Source of the DNA: an uncultured Azoarcus sp. | Lineage (GTDB): Bacteria; Pseudomonadota; Gammaproteobacteria; Burkholderiales; Rhodocyclaceae | Reading direction: 5' to 3' | Length of the DNA stretch: 64,000 nt | NCBI GenBank assembly: GCA_963975885.1 | Contig: CAXBIS010000011.1 | Span: 54,977 to 118,976, forward strand | Shown here: positions 46,580 to 57,413 of the stretch, piece after piece | Position numbering within the stretch: the stretch's first letter is position 1 | Layout: every line of letters starts with the position of its first letter | The notes under the pieces: model-generated | The model's database searches: none | What the model saw: the letters and a program-made list of their open reading frames with translations, nothing else | Told to the model about the DNA's origin: nothing | Translations under genes and position numbers: made by a program

Positions 46580-46659
46580 GCATCGCAGGCACACATCGGA
46601 CATCGCCCTACCCGACAAGCGGTAACGTCCGACGCGCCGCGCCGAACCGGCACAAGTCC

Positions 46660-46688
46660 TTGACTATCCGCGACTTGGACGGCAGAAT
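46660..46688 (+). promoter_or_regulatory. sigma70-like promoter for rplU-rpmA
   Basis: TTGACT (46660-46665), a 17-nt spacer, then CAGAAT (46683-46688). It lies about 45 nt upstream of the rplU ATG. Confidence 0.5.
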
Positions 46689-46731
46689 GCGCGATTCTTC
46701 GCACCACCTATCCATTCATTGGAGCTTTTCC

Positions 46732-47043
46732 ATGTACGCGGTCATAAAAACCGGCGGCAAGCAGTATCGCGTCGCTGCCGGCCAAAAACTCAAGGTAGAA
46801 CAGATACCGGCTGACGTGGGCTCCGAAATCACTCTCGACCAGGTTTTGATGGTCGGCGAAGGCGAGTCGGTCAAGATCGGCACGCCACTGGTTTCGGGCG
46901 CAACGGTCAAGGCCACCGTGGTCTCGCACGGTCGTCACGACAAGATCCGCATCTTCAAGATGCGCCGACGCAAGCACTACCAGAAGCGTCAGGGTCATCG
47001 CCAGAACTTCACCGAGCTTCGCATCGAAGACATCACGGCCTGA
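46732..47043 (+). CDS. rplU: 50S ribosomal protein L21
   Basis: [23 protein letters not shown]... 103 aa. GGAG RBS at 46721. Confidence 0.95.
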   Translation: MYAVIKTGGKQYRVAAGQKLKVEQIPADVGSEITLDQVLMVGEGESVKIGTPLVSGATVKATVVSHGRHDKIRIFKMRRRKHYQKRQGHRQNFTELRIEDITA

Positions 47044-47061
47044 GTCAGGAGGGAATAAGAC

Positions 47062-47325
47062 ATGGCACACAAAAAAGCCGGCGGCAGTTCCCGTAACGGT
47101 CGCGACTCCGAATCAAAACGACTCGGCGTCAAGCGTTACGGTGGCCAGGCCGTCACCGCAGGCAACATCCTCATCCGTCAGCGTGGCACCCAGTACCATC
47201 CGGGCGACAATGTCGGCATGGGCAAGGACCACACGCTGTTCGCGCTGTCCGACGGCACCGTGCAGTTCTCGGTCAAGGGCCCGCTCAAGCGTCGCTTCGT
47301 GGCGATCGTTCCGAACGCGGCCTGA
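47062..47325 (+). CDS. rpmA: 50S ribosomal protein L27
   Basis: [29 protein letters not shown]... 87 aa. Confidence 0.95.
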   Translation: MAHKKAGGSSRNGRDSESKRLGVKRYGGQAVTAGNILIRQRGTQYHPGDNVGMGKDHTLFALSDGTVQFSVKGPLKRRFVAIVPNAA

Positions 47326-47346
47326 GCACCCCCGAAGACGCGAAAA

Positions 47347-48489
<1,143 letters not shown>

Positions 48490-48509
48490 ACCCGTGATCC
48501 GATAAGGCC

Positions 48510-49625
48510 ATGAGAGAGAAGATCCGATCCTCCCGCCGCCTCGTCGTCAAGGTGGGCAGCGCGCTGGTGACCCGCAACGGCGCCGGGCTGGACAAGGCCG
48601 CGATGGCCGACTGGGCGCGTCAGATCGCCGAGCTGCGCGCAGCCGGCAAGGAGGTCGTGCTGGTTTCATCGGGTGCCATCGCCGCCGGCATGCAGCGCCT
48701 CGGATGGACGAAGCGCCCCCACGAAATGCACCGCCTGCAGGCGGCAGCCGCGGTCGGACAGATGGGGCTGGTGGAGGCCTACGAGGAGGCCTTCTCGGCG
48801 CACGGCGTGCACACCGCGCAGATTCTCCTCACGCACGAGGATCTCGCCGACCGCAAGCGCTACCTCAATGCGCGCTCGACGCTGGCCACGCTGCTCGAGC
48901 TGGGCGTGGTGCCCATCATCAACGAGAACGACACGATCGTCACCGACGAGATCAAGTTCGGCGACAACGACACCCTGGGCGCCCTGGTGGCCAACTTGAT
49001 CGAAGCCGAGGTGCTGGTCATCCTGACCGACCAGCCCGGCCTGTTCACGGCGGACCCACGCAAGGATCCGACCGCGACCCTGATTGGCGAGGCTGCGGCC
49101 GAGGATGCCAGCCTGGAAGCGATGGCCGGCGGCGCCGGCACCGGCATCGGCAAGGGCGGCATGATCACCAAGGTGCGCGCTGCGCAGCGGGCCGCGCGCA
49201 GCGGCGCACACACCTGCATCGCCAGCGGCGCCGAACCGGACGCACTGGTGCGTCTGGCCGCGGCCGAGCCGCTGGGCACGCTGCTGTACGCCACCAGCAC
49301 CCCGCTGGCCGCGCGCAAGCAGTGGATGGCCGATCACTTGCAACTGGCCGGCAGCCTCGTCGTCGACGAAGGCGCGGCAAAGGCCCTGGCCACCGGCCGC
49401 AGCCTGCTGCCGGTGGGCGTGGTCGAGGTGCGCGGCGAATTCGAACGCGGCGCAGTCGTGGCCTGCCGCACGAGCGCCGGCGAGGAAGTCGCGCGCGGTC
49501 TGGTCAATTACAGCAGCACCGAGAGCCGGCGCATCGCCCGCCAGCCCAGCAGCCGCATCGAGGCCCTGCTGGGCTACATCGACGAGCCCGAGCTGATCCA
49601 CCGCGACAACATGATCATGCGCTGA
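48510..49625 (+). CDS. proB: glutamate 5-kinase
   Basis: [28 protein letters not shown], plus a C-terminal PUA domain. 371 aa. Confidence 0.92.
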   Translation: MREKIRSSRRLVVKVGSALVTRNGAGLDKAAMADWARQIAELRAAGKEVVLVSSGAIAAGMQRLGWTKRPHEMHRLQAAAAVGQMGLVEAYEEAFSAHGVHTAQILLTHEDLADRKRYLNARSTLATLLELGVVPIINENDTIVTDEIKFGDNDTLGALVANLIEAEVLVILTDQPGLFTADPRKDPTATLIGEAAAEDASLEAMAGGAGTGIGKGGMITKVRAAQRAARSGAHTCIASGAEPDALVRLAAAEPLGTLLYATSTPLAARKQWMADHLQLAGSLVVDEGAAKALATGRSLLPVGVVEVRGEFERGAVVACRTSAGEEVARGLVNYSSTESRRIARQPSSRIEALLGYIDEPELIHRDNMIMR

Positions 49626-49635
49626 ACCGCGTGCC

Positions 49636-51126
49636 TCACTCCTGCGCCCAGTCGCGCGCGCGCTCTACACCGCGATGCCAGTGCGCGATGACCGCCTCAC
49701 GCCGGTCACGCGACATGCGCGGCTGAAAGCGCGCCGCCTCCCGCCAGTGCGAGGCCACTGTCGCCTCGTTTGCCCACACACCGACCCCCAGCGCAGCCAG
49801 ACAGGCCGCGCCGAAGGCCGTGGTCTCGAGCATCTCGGGACGCACCACCGGCACGCCGAGCAGGTCGGCCTGCATCTGCATCAACAGGTTGTTGGCCGCG
49901 GCCCCGCCGTCGACGCGCAGTTCGCGCAAGGCACCGGCGCCGTCCGCGTCCATCGCCGAGACCAGATCGACCGTCTGCAACGCAATCGCCTCAAGCGCGG
50001 CGCGTGCGATATGCGCACGCGTCGTACCTCGCGTGAGTCCCAACAGCGTGCCGCGCGCATAGGCGTCCCAGTACGGCGCGCCCAGCCCGGTGAAGGCCGG
50101 CACCAGCACCACGCCAGCACTGTCGGGGACCGAGGCGGCGAGCGCCTCGATGTCTTCCGATCTGCGCACCAGCCCCAGTTCGTCGCGCAGCCACTGCACC
50201 AGCGCACCGCCCACGAAGATGCTCCCCTCGAGCGCGTAGGTGCTGGCACCCCGCTGCCGCCAGCCGATCGTCGTGAGCAGCCGATTGGCCGACTCCACCG
50301 CACGTTCGCCGGTATTCATCAGCAAAAAGCAGCCCGTGCCATAGGTCTGCTTGGCCATGCCCGGCGCAAGACACGCCTGACCGAAGGTCGCCGCCTGCTG
50401 GTCGCCGCCGATGCCGGCGATGGACACTTCCGAGCCGAGCACGTCGCGCCGCGTGTGGCCGCACACACCGATGCTGTCGACGACCGTCGGCAGCATCGAC
50501 CGCGGGATGTCGAACAGCGCGAGCAGATCGTCGTCCCACTGTCCGCGGTGGATGTCGTAGAGCATCGTGCGCGAGGCGTTGCCGGCGTCGGTCGCGTGCA
50601 GCGCCCCGCCGCTCAGGTGCCAGATCAGCCAGGCATCGACGGTGCCGAAGGCCAGCTCGCCGCGTCGTGCGCGCTCGCGCGCGCCGGGCACCTCGCGCAG
50701 GATCCAGGCGAGCTTGGTGGCGGAGAAATAGGCGTCCAGTTCCAGCCCGGTGCTGCGCCGAATCGCTTCGGCATGGCCGGCCGCGCGCAGACGGTCACAG
50801 TCGGGCGCGGTGCGACGGTCCTGCCAGACGATGGCCGGCGCGATCGCACGCCCGGTTGAGCGCTCCCACACGATGGTCGTCTCGCGCTGATTGGCGATAC
50901 CCAGCCCGGCGATGTCCGACGGCGCAACGCCGGCCCCGGCGATCGCCGCGCGCGCGCAGTCGAACTGCGTGGTCAAGATCTCGTGCGCGTCATGCTCGAC
51001 CCAGCCAGGCTGCGGGTAGTGCTGGCGAAACTCGCGCTGTGATGCCCCGCGCACCCGTCCATCGGTATCGAACACCATCGCGCGCGAGCTGGTCGTGCCC
51101 TGATCGAGTGCGAGCAGGCAGGTCAT
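49636..51126 (-). CDS. glpK: glycerol kinase
   Basis: [31 protein letters not shown]...[20 protein letters not shown]: FGGY/GlpK signatures. Start is ATG 51126, or 51147. Confidence 0.9.
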   Translation of the reverse strand: MTCLLALDQGTTSSRAMVFDTDGRVRGASQREFRQHYPQPGWVEHDAHEILTTQFDCARAAIAGAGVAPSDIAGLGIANQRETTIVWERSTGRAIAPAIVWQDRRTAPDCDRLRAAGHAEAIRRSTGLELDAYFSATKLAWILREVPGARERARRGELAFGTVDAWLIWHLSGGALHATDAGNASRTMLYDIHRGQWDDDLLALFDIPRSMLPTVVDSIGVCGHTRRDVLGSEVSIAGIGGDQQAATFGQACLAPGMAKQTYGTGCFLLMNTGERAVESANRLLTTIGWRQRGASTYALEGSIFVGGALVQWLRDELGLVRRSEDIEALAASVPDSAGVVLVPAFTGLGAPYWDAYARGTLLGLTRGTTRAHIARAALEAIALQTVDLVSAMDADGAGALRELRVDGGAAANNLLMQMQADLLGVPVVRPEMLETTAFGAACLAALGVGVWANEATVASHWREAARFQPRMSRDRREAVIAHWHRGVERARDWAQE

Positions 51127-51192
51127 CGCGGCCTCCGTGGTCGGCATCGGTACGCAAGCCTATCAGGGGATAGCGGCAAGCGTGCGCCCCTC

Positions 51193-51221
51193 TCGACGCC
51201 CCCCGCTTAGCGCTCTATAGT
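51193..51221 (+). promoter_or_regulatory. possible sigma70-like promoter for the STAS-like/sulfurtransferase pair
   Basis: TCGACG (51193-51198), a 17-nt spacer, then TATAGT (51216-51221). It lies 30 nt upstream of ATG 51252. Confidence 0.3.
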
Positions 51222-51251
51222 GGTCTTCACGCAATCGAAGCGGAGAGCAAC

Positions 51252-51614
51252 ATGATCACCATCGACCAGAGCGACCAGCGCATCTCGATCGCCGTCTTCG
51301 GCGAATTCACGCTCGCCGACTACCGAGAATTCGAGGAAATCTTCAACTACACGCACCGCTTCAAGGGCCCGGTGGACCTGTTCATCGATCTGCGCGAGAT
51401 GGCCGGCTTCACGGTCGACGTGGCGTGGGAAGACATCAAGTTCTCCCGCCAGCACAGCAAGGACTTCCGCCGCATCGCAGTGCTCACCGAAAGCGAGTGG
51501 GTCACCTGGAGCGCATGGGTCACGCAACTCTTCGTCGACGGCCAGGTGCTGGTTTTCAACGACGAGGCCGAAGCGTTGGCCTGGATCGAAACGCCTACCG
51601 AGTCCATCGAATGA
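51252..51614 (+). CDS. SpoIIAA-like/STAS-fold protein (DUF3478-type)
   Basis: 120 aa: MITIDQSDQRISIAVFGEFTLADYREFEE...RRIAVLTESEWV. This pattern matches SpoIIAA-like stand-alone proteins. The call comes from memory. Confidence 0.6.
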   Translation: MITIDQSDQRISIAVFGEFTLADYREFEEIFNYTHRFKGPVDLFIDLREMAGFTVDVAWEDIKFSRQHSKDFRRIAVLTESEWVTWSAWVTQLFVDGQVLVFNDEAEALAWIETPTESIE

Positions 51615-52462
51615 AGCATTACGACACAATCATCGACGTCGGTACGCTGGCCACCCATCTTGGAGAGGAAGGCCTGCGAGTCATCGACTGCCGTCATAAT
51701 CTTTCCGACCCGGGCGCCGGGCGCCACGCCTATGCAGAGGGCCACATCCCCGGCGCGCGCTTCCTGCATCTGGACGAAGATTTGTCCGGCCCGCGCGACG
51801 GGCGCAACGGTCGCCACCCGCTGCCCGACCCCGACGAGTTCGCCGCGCGGCTCGGCCGGCGCGGCATCCGCGCCGACGATCAGGTCGTGGCCTACGACGA
51901 TGTCGGCGGCGCGATCGCTGCGCGACTGTGGTGGATGCTGCGCTGGATCGGCCACGATCGCGTGGCCGTGCTCGACGGCGGCTGGCGCGCCTGGCGCGAG
52001 GCCGGCCACCCGGTCGAGACGCAGATCCACGAGGCGTTGCCGACCACGCACGGCGTGCATCCGGGCTCGGTCGCCGCGATCGGTACGCAGGCCCTGCGCG
52101 GCGCGCTGGAGCGCGCCGAGGTGCTGCTCATCGACGCACGCAGCCCTGACCGCTTTCGAGGCGAGAACGAGACCCTGGACCCGGTCGCCGGCCACATCCC
52201 CGGCGCCGTGAACCGCTTCTTCCGTGAAAATCTGCAAGGCGGGCGCTTCCGCCCCGCCGATGAACTGCGCGCCGAATTCCTCGCCCTGCTCGGCTCACGC
52301 AACCCCACCGAGATCGTGCACCAGTGCGGCTCCGGCGTGACCGCCTGCCACAACCTGCTGGCCATGGAGATCGCCGGCCTTTCCGGAGCAAGCCTCTATC
52401 CGGGTTCGTGGAGCGAGTGGTGCGCCGACCCCTCACGCCCCGTCGCGACCGGACCCGGGTAG
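51611..52462 (+). CDS. sseA: 3-mercaptopyruvate/thiosulfate sulfurtransferase (tandem rhodanese)
   Basis: Two rhodanese domains. The active-site loop is CGSGVTACH. The ATG overlaps the upstream stop (ATGA). Confidence 0.85.
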   Translation: MKHYDTIIDVGTLATHLGEEGLRVIDCRHNLSDPGAGRHAYAEGHIPGARFLHLDEDLSGPRDGRNGRHPLPDPDEFAARLGRRGIRADDQVVAYDDVGGAIAARLWWMLRWIGHDRVAVLDGGWRAWREAGHPVETQIHEALPTTHGVHPGSVAAIGTQALRGALERAEVLLIDARSPDRFRGENETLDPVAGHIPGAVNRFFRENLQGGRFRPADELRAEFLALLGSRNPTEIVHQCGSGVTACHNLLAMEIAGLSGASLYPGSWSEWCADPSRPVATGPG

Positions 52463-52522
52463 GTCGGGGCGAGCGCAGCGAGGTCCGACACTGCGACCTG
52501 CCGGCGGGCCATCCGGGGAAAA

Positions 52523-53335
52523 TCAGTCGACGGCCCAGTCCACCTTCTCCACCGTCCCCAGCGAGCGCCCCAGGAAGCGCTCGCCGATGGCCTCGAAGCG
52601 CAAGGGCACGTCCGTGACATAAAAGCGATGCGCCGGCTTGCCCGCCTCGCGCGCGAGCCCCTGTCGCCGCAACTCGTCCGCGGCCAGCTCGGCGGTCGTC
52701 GTGGCCGAATCCACCAGCCCCACGCGACGCCCCACCACCCGCTGCAACAACGGTTTGAGCAGCGGATAGTGGGTGCAGCCCAGCACCAGCGTATCGACCT
52801 CCTCGGCCAGCACCGGCTTGAGATATTCGCGCGCCGTCATGCGCGCCACCGGGTGATCCAGCCAGCCCTCCTCGACCAGCGGCACGAACAGCGGACAGGC
52901 CGCCGAATACACGCGCACGCCGCGATCGAGCGCATGGATGCGCTCGGCGTAGGCATTGCTGTTGATCGTCGTCGGCGTACCGATCACGCCCACGCGCCGG
53001 CTGCGCGACCCGGCCACCGCCGCGCGCGCTCCGGCATCGATCACGTCGATCACCGGCACTTCGCCCGCACACTCGCGAACCACATCGTCGGCCACAGCCG
53101 CCATCGTGTTGCACGCGACGATCAGCATCTTCACGTCGCGCTGCATGAGAAAGCGCGCAATCTCCCCCGCGAATCGGCGGATCGTCGCCACCGACTTGAT
53201 GCCGTATGGCACGCGCGCGGTATCGCCGAAGTACACGATGTCCTCGAACGGCAGGCGATCCATCAGCGCCCGCACCACGGTCAGCCCGCCGATGCCGGAA
53301 TCGAATACGCCGATGGAACCGCCAGGTCGAGACAT
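52523..53335 (-). CDS. murI: glutamate racemase
   Basis: IGVFDSGIGGLTV, IVACNTMAA and LGCTHYPLL catalytic-Cys motifs. 270 aa. Confidence 0.92.
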   Translation of the reverse strand: MSRPGGSIGVFDSGIGGLTVVRALMDRLPFEDIVYFGDTARVPYGIKSVATIRRFAGEIARFLMQRDVKMLIVACNTMAAVADDVVRECAGEVPVIDVIDAGARAAVAGSRSRRVGVIGTPTTINSNAYAERIHALDRGVRVYSAACPLFVPLVEEGWLDHPVARMTAREYLKPVLAEEVDTLVLGCTHYPLLKPLLQRVVGRRVGLVDSATTTAELAADELRRQGLAREAGKPAHRFYVTDVPLRFEAIGERFLGRSLGTVEKVDWAVD

Positions 53336-53417
53336 GGAATCATCCGCTCACAGGAGCGCGGATTGTAGCAGTGCCGTCTTTGCTGAGGATCGGTACCCGC
53401 CCATGCGGAACCCGCAA

Positions 53418-55013
53418 CTAAGAAGAACTTTCAAGCGCGAGTGGATTCGCTCGCGAAAAAGAGCGTTCTCCACAAGTAAACGGACAAGCCCGGGTTCCAT
53501 TGATCTTCTTGCCGACTCTTCGGTTGCGGGCGTCGATGAGGTAGTCGATGGTCACGTCGCCGGGCAAGGTGACCTGACGCAGATTGCCCAGTGCGTCGTA
53601 GTCGTAGGTGGTGGTCGCACCCGACTGGGTCTTGCTTTGGAGTTCTCCGTTGGCAGTGTAGTCGTAGCTGCTGTTGCCGTAGGTGAGCAGACGGTCCTGG
53701 GCGTCGTAGGTGGCCACGGGCACGTCGTTGACGTGGCTGCGGTTGCCGTTGGCGTCATAGCTCCAGGTGGTCTCGACGCCGCCACGGGTGTGGCTGACCA
53801 GCCGTCCGGCGGCATCGAAGGCGTACTCGTCCGTGACACTGGCGCCGGACAGGGTCTCGGTGCGGGCAGTGATGCGGCCAGCCGCATCACGCGTGTAGGC
53901 GAACTGGAGTACTTCGGTGGCACCGAGTGTGGTGGTGTCGAGGGTGGGTTCGCCGAAGGCGTTGTAGTCGTGCTCCGTGGCGACCGTGCCCAGGGTGGTT
54001 GCCGTGATGAGGCCGTTCTGCGCGTCGCGTGTGAGTTGCAGCGCGCCGGCTGCGGTGAGTAGCCCGTCGGCGTCGTAGTCGAGCGCGACGGACTGGCCAT
54101 TGACCGCGATCGAGCGCAGCCAGAAGTTGTCGTCCCAGCTGCGGGTGATGCTGCCGGAGACTTCGCCTGTGGCGATCTCGGTGATCGGCAGGAAGCCGTC
54201 CCAGGTGAAGTCGAGGCGGTGGCCGCCGGGGGCGGTGACGGAAGCCGGCTGGCCGGTGTCGGCGTGGTAGGTCCAGACGGTTTCACCGACATCGGTGCTA
54301 ACGGTCGCAAGCCGACCACCGGTGTCGTACGCGAAGTCGATGGGCTCGCCGTCGGGGCGGGTGATGCGGGTCAGTCGTTTGTCGCGATCGTAGGTGTGGC
54401 GCGTGACCGTGGCGAGCCCGGCCAGTTCGGGCGGATCGTATTCGCGTAGCTGGTCGGCCTCGGTGTAGTCGAACAGATGAGCGTCGCGGCCCGGCGGAAT
54501 GACGGCGGCGAGGTTGCCGTTGGCGTCGTAGCCGAATTCGACGCTGCGCCCGTCGGAAAAGGTCTGGCGGGTGACGCGGCCGACCGGGTCGTAGTCGAAG
54601 GCCGTGATGCGATCGAGCGGGTCGGTGATCGAGGCCAGATCGCCCGCCCTACTCCACGCGAAGTCGGTGATGCGCTCGGACGACTCCCCGGCCAGGACCC
54701 GCGTGATCCGACCGCGGGCGTCCCGCTCATAGGTGAGCGGGGCGAGGCCGGAGTAGGCCTCGTGCGCCGGACGACCCAGTTCATCGAGGATCTGTTCGTG
54801 GGTGCGCCCGAGCGGCGTGCTGGTGACGCGCGTGCGATCGGCAGCGGTGCAGCTCTCGTACGGCGGGATATGCGCAGCGCATCCCGCCGGATGGTTCGTT
54901 GCAAACCTCCTTGTGCAATCGCCAGCATGCACCAAAAACCCCGTGCGCGGCGCAGTCTCTGGTCGATCATCGCCCTTTGTCCACGAAGACCGGATCAGTT
55001 GCAGCCCCCGCAC
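53418..55013 (-). pseudogene. RHS/YD-repeat protein fragment (repeat region only; both ends missing)
   Basis: About 460 aa of YD repeats (e.g. YDANGNLAAV, FAYDTGGRLATV, YAFDAAGRLVSH, YDYDALGNLRQV). The frame leaves the family consensus right after ...DARNRRVGKKINGT (near 53495). There is no N-terminal domain, no RHS core and no toxin tip. Confidence 0.75.
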
Positions 55014-55179
55014 CCTTTGCAGTCAAGCAAGTACCTGCGCAATCCGTCACGTGATCGTAAAGCGCTGGCACATATGGTGTTTTTGTGAAACAGTATGCCC
55101 ATTGACAATCAATAACGACGCACGCACGTTGATTCGATATTGCAGCGTGCAATCAAAGCACTGTTAAGCATTGAAGGAG

Positions 55180-55779
55180 ATGAAATTGGAAGTTGCAACC
55201 TGGATATCAGCCGTAGCCAATATTTTTATCGCCCTTGGCGTCGGTCTTGCTTTGTGTTCATTCCGCGGCGACCATGAAAGATCAAGACGAGAAAAAGCTG
55301 TCGAGCTTATTTCTCAGTGGGCACTGAACCTGAATAAGAGAGGGTCTGCTGCGAGAAAGCTGGTGGAAACGCTTGATCACGAAAAATCCAAGTTGCTCTT
55401 CAATCAAGAACCTCTGACGATTGGCAAGAAGCATATTGGGCTAGTTCGAGCAGCTTTGGAAGCTGATGTAAATGAGCCTGAAGGTAATGAAATTGATTTG
55501 GACGAAAATCAGTCCTCTGAGCTACGTTGGCAAGTTGTTACATTCTTAAATAGCCTTGAATCAGTACTATCGGCATGGCGGCACAATATAGCTGATAAGG
55601 ACATTATTACTGAGCAATTTAGATATTTGGTATCGAAAACCGATGGTCACTATATTTTGGAGGAATTTAGGGTTGTTGCTGGAGGTAGTCATACTTACCC
55701 AGCAATACAAGAATTTGTGGAACATCTTAAAAAAGAGCTAAATAAAAATGACGGTTCAGGTAAGCGGCCTGTTGCTTAA
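55180..55779 (+). CDS. hypothetical N-terminally membrane-anchored helical protein (cassette 1)
   Basis: AAGGAG RBS at 55174-55179. The start is ambiguous (TTG 55171, ATG 55180, or TTG 55186 with the best spacing). TM segment VATWISAVANIFIALGVGLALCSF, then a basic stretch, then about 170 aa of predicted helices with an acidic patch EADVNEPEGNEIDLDENQ. About 40-45% GC. No family recognised with confidence. Confidence 0.7.
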   Translation: MKLEVATWISAVANIFIALGVGLALCSFRGDHERSRREKAVELISQWALNLNKRGSAARKLVETLDHEKSKLLFNQEPLTIGKKHIGLVRAALEADVNEPEGNEIDLDENQSSELRWQVVTFLNSLESVLSAWRHNIADKDIITEQFRYLVSKTDGHYILEEFRVVAGGSHTYPAIQEFVEHLKKELNKNDGSGKRPVA

Positions 55780-55871
55780 CAAAACGCTTTTGTCGGACTG
55801 GTTTTCCGCTGCGCTCCAAACCAGCCGCAAAGCTTGGCGCTGGGCGTACAACCATGCTTTTTGAGTTGGAG
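55774..55871 (+). other. attC-like recombination site of cassette 1 (3' core ambiguous or degenerate)
   Basis: R'' is GCTTAAC and contains the TAA stop. Bulged stem GCTTTTGTCGGACTGGTTT / AAACCAGCCGCAAAGC with extrahelical T, T and A. Block-wise similarity to the 57414 site: AACAA-N3-GCTT-N5-GGAC ... CCGC-N2-AGCT ... GGGC-GT. Candidate 3' cores are GTACAAC (55846) or GTTGGAG (55865). Confidence 0.45.
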
Positions 55872-55888
55872 AACTATCAGGACTAATC

Positions 55889-57382
55889 ATGGCTAGCAAG
55901 CTAGAAATACTAAAAACCACCGAAATTGGCGAGCGCGTTGCGGAAGAGGAAGCCGATAGTCTGGAGCAATATTTTGTCGAAACAGACCAATGGCAGCAAA
56001 TGCGCGCAGGCAAGATTGATGTCGTGTATGGGCCGAAGGGTTCGGGGAAGAGCGCCCTATACACATTGTTAAACCGGAAAGACGGTGAGTTCTTTGATGC
56101 CGGAATACTCATAGCAGCGGCGGAAAACGTCAGGGGGGCCACCGTTTTCAGATCAATTGTTGCTGATCCGCCGCCATCTGAGATGGCATTTATTTTTCTG
56201 TGGAAACTCTATTCATTGACATTAATCGCACGCGAACTTCGCGAATACGAAGTAAAAACGGAGGAGTCAAAGGCTCTGATAGAAAGCTTAGAAAGGGCTA
56301 AGTTGTTGCCGGCCAGCGGGACGCTTTCTGGTCTTTTCACAGCAGTCCGCACCTATCTCACTAGTTGGCTAAATCGTGATGCGGATTCAGTCGAGTATGC
56401 GATAACTATCGACCCAATGACTGGCACCCCTACTTTTACCAGAAAAACGCGATTCGCTGAACAGTCCGACGATCAGAATCTTGGGGATATCCCGGTTGAT
56501 GATCTCCTAGGCGTCGCGGATGTCGCTTTACGGAAAAGCAAGTTGACTATGTGGGTGTTATTTGATCGCCTCGATGTAGCTTTCGCCGAGTCAGAAGACC
56601 TTGAACGAAATGCATTACGCGCTTTGTTTCGGGCCTATAGCGATTTGCGCGCACATTCACATATATCTCTAAAGATATTTGTAAGAGACGATATTTGGCG
56701 TCGGATAACGGAGGGCGGATTTACTGAGGCTAGCCATATTACTAAAGCAGTACACATAAGTTGGACAAACGAAAGTCTATTGAATCTAGCGGTCCTTCGG
56801 CTTATCAGCAATCAGAGTATCGTAGATTACCTATCCGTCGATCCGGCCGCCGTAAGGGCGGATTACCACCAGCAGCTAGAACTATTCTATCGTCTCGCAC
56901 CTCGTCAAGTTGACACCGGGAAAAACCCGGACGCATTCGACTGGATCGTTTCGCGAACAACAGATGCAAGTGGGAACTCAGTCCCGCGTGAGGTCATCCA
57001 CTTAATCGATGTGGCTAAAGATCTGCAGATTCAGAAATTGGAAAGAGGTGGTGAGGAACCTGAGGGAGAGATCCTGATTGATCGAAGTGCATTTAAAGAA
57101 GCTTTGCCTCAGGTATCGAAAGTGCGCTACGAGCAAACACTCATAGCTGAGCATCCCGACATGGCTGACTATCTCAAGCAGCTAGAAGGTGAAAAGTGCG
57201 AACAGACTGTTGATACACTTGCAAGGCTGTGGAAAATTGAGCGGAGCGACGCCGCAGTCATAGGTAAACGACTCGTGGACATCGGGTTCTTCGAATCTAG
57301 GGGCTCAAAAGAAGCCCCATCGTTTTGGATCCCGTTTCTATATCGAGGAGCGCTCGATTTGGTACAGGGGAAGGCAGAATGA
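55889..57382 (+). CDS. P-loop NTPase of unrecognised family (cassette 2)
   Basis: 497 aa. Walker A VVYGPKGSGKSALYTLL. Walker B-like LTMWVLFDRLDVAF. A further conserved-looking ISLKIFVRDDIWRRI. The C-terminal third is helical, possibly wHTH-like. No nuclease, protease or TM domain is evident. AGGA RBS is 6 nt upstream. About 45% GC. Confidence 0.75.
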   Translation: MASKLEILKTTEIGERVAEEEADSLEQYFVETDQWQQMRAGKIDVVYGPKGSGKSALYTLLNRKDGEFFDAGILIAAAENVRGATVFRSIVADPPPSEMAFIFLWKLYSLTLIARELREYEVKTEESKALIESLERAKLLPASGTLSGLFTAVRTYLTSWLNRDADSVEYAITIDPMTGTPTFTRKTRFAEQSDDQNLGDIPVDDLLGVADVALRKSKLTMWVLFDRLDVAFAESEDLERNALRALFRAYSDLRAHSHISLKIFVRDDIWRRITEGGFTEASHITKAVHISWTNESLLNLAVLRLISNQSIVDYLSVDPAAVRADYHQQLELFYRLAPRQVDTGKNPDAFDWIVSRTTDASGNSVPREVIHLIDVAKDLQIQKLERGGEEPEGEILIDRSAFKEALPQVSKVRYEQTLIAEHPDMADYLKQLEGEKCEQTVDTLARLWKIERSDAAVIGKRLVDIGFFESRGSKEAPSFWIPFLYRGALDLVQGKAE

Positions 57383-57413
57383 CGATGAGAGTTCTCGTTC
57401 CTGTAGATGTACC

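Noticed and set aside
55085-55163. A possible additional attC-like site upstream of cassette 1 (GTGAAAC ... G of GTTAAGC), with AATCAA/TTGATT/AATCAA repeats.
   Set aside because: The inverse core does not fit RYYYAAC. The repeats are arranged X-Y...X'-Y', which is not hairpin-compatible. It shares no block structure with the two better sites. It could be an attI remnant, but I cannot support that.
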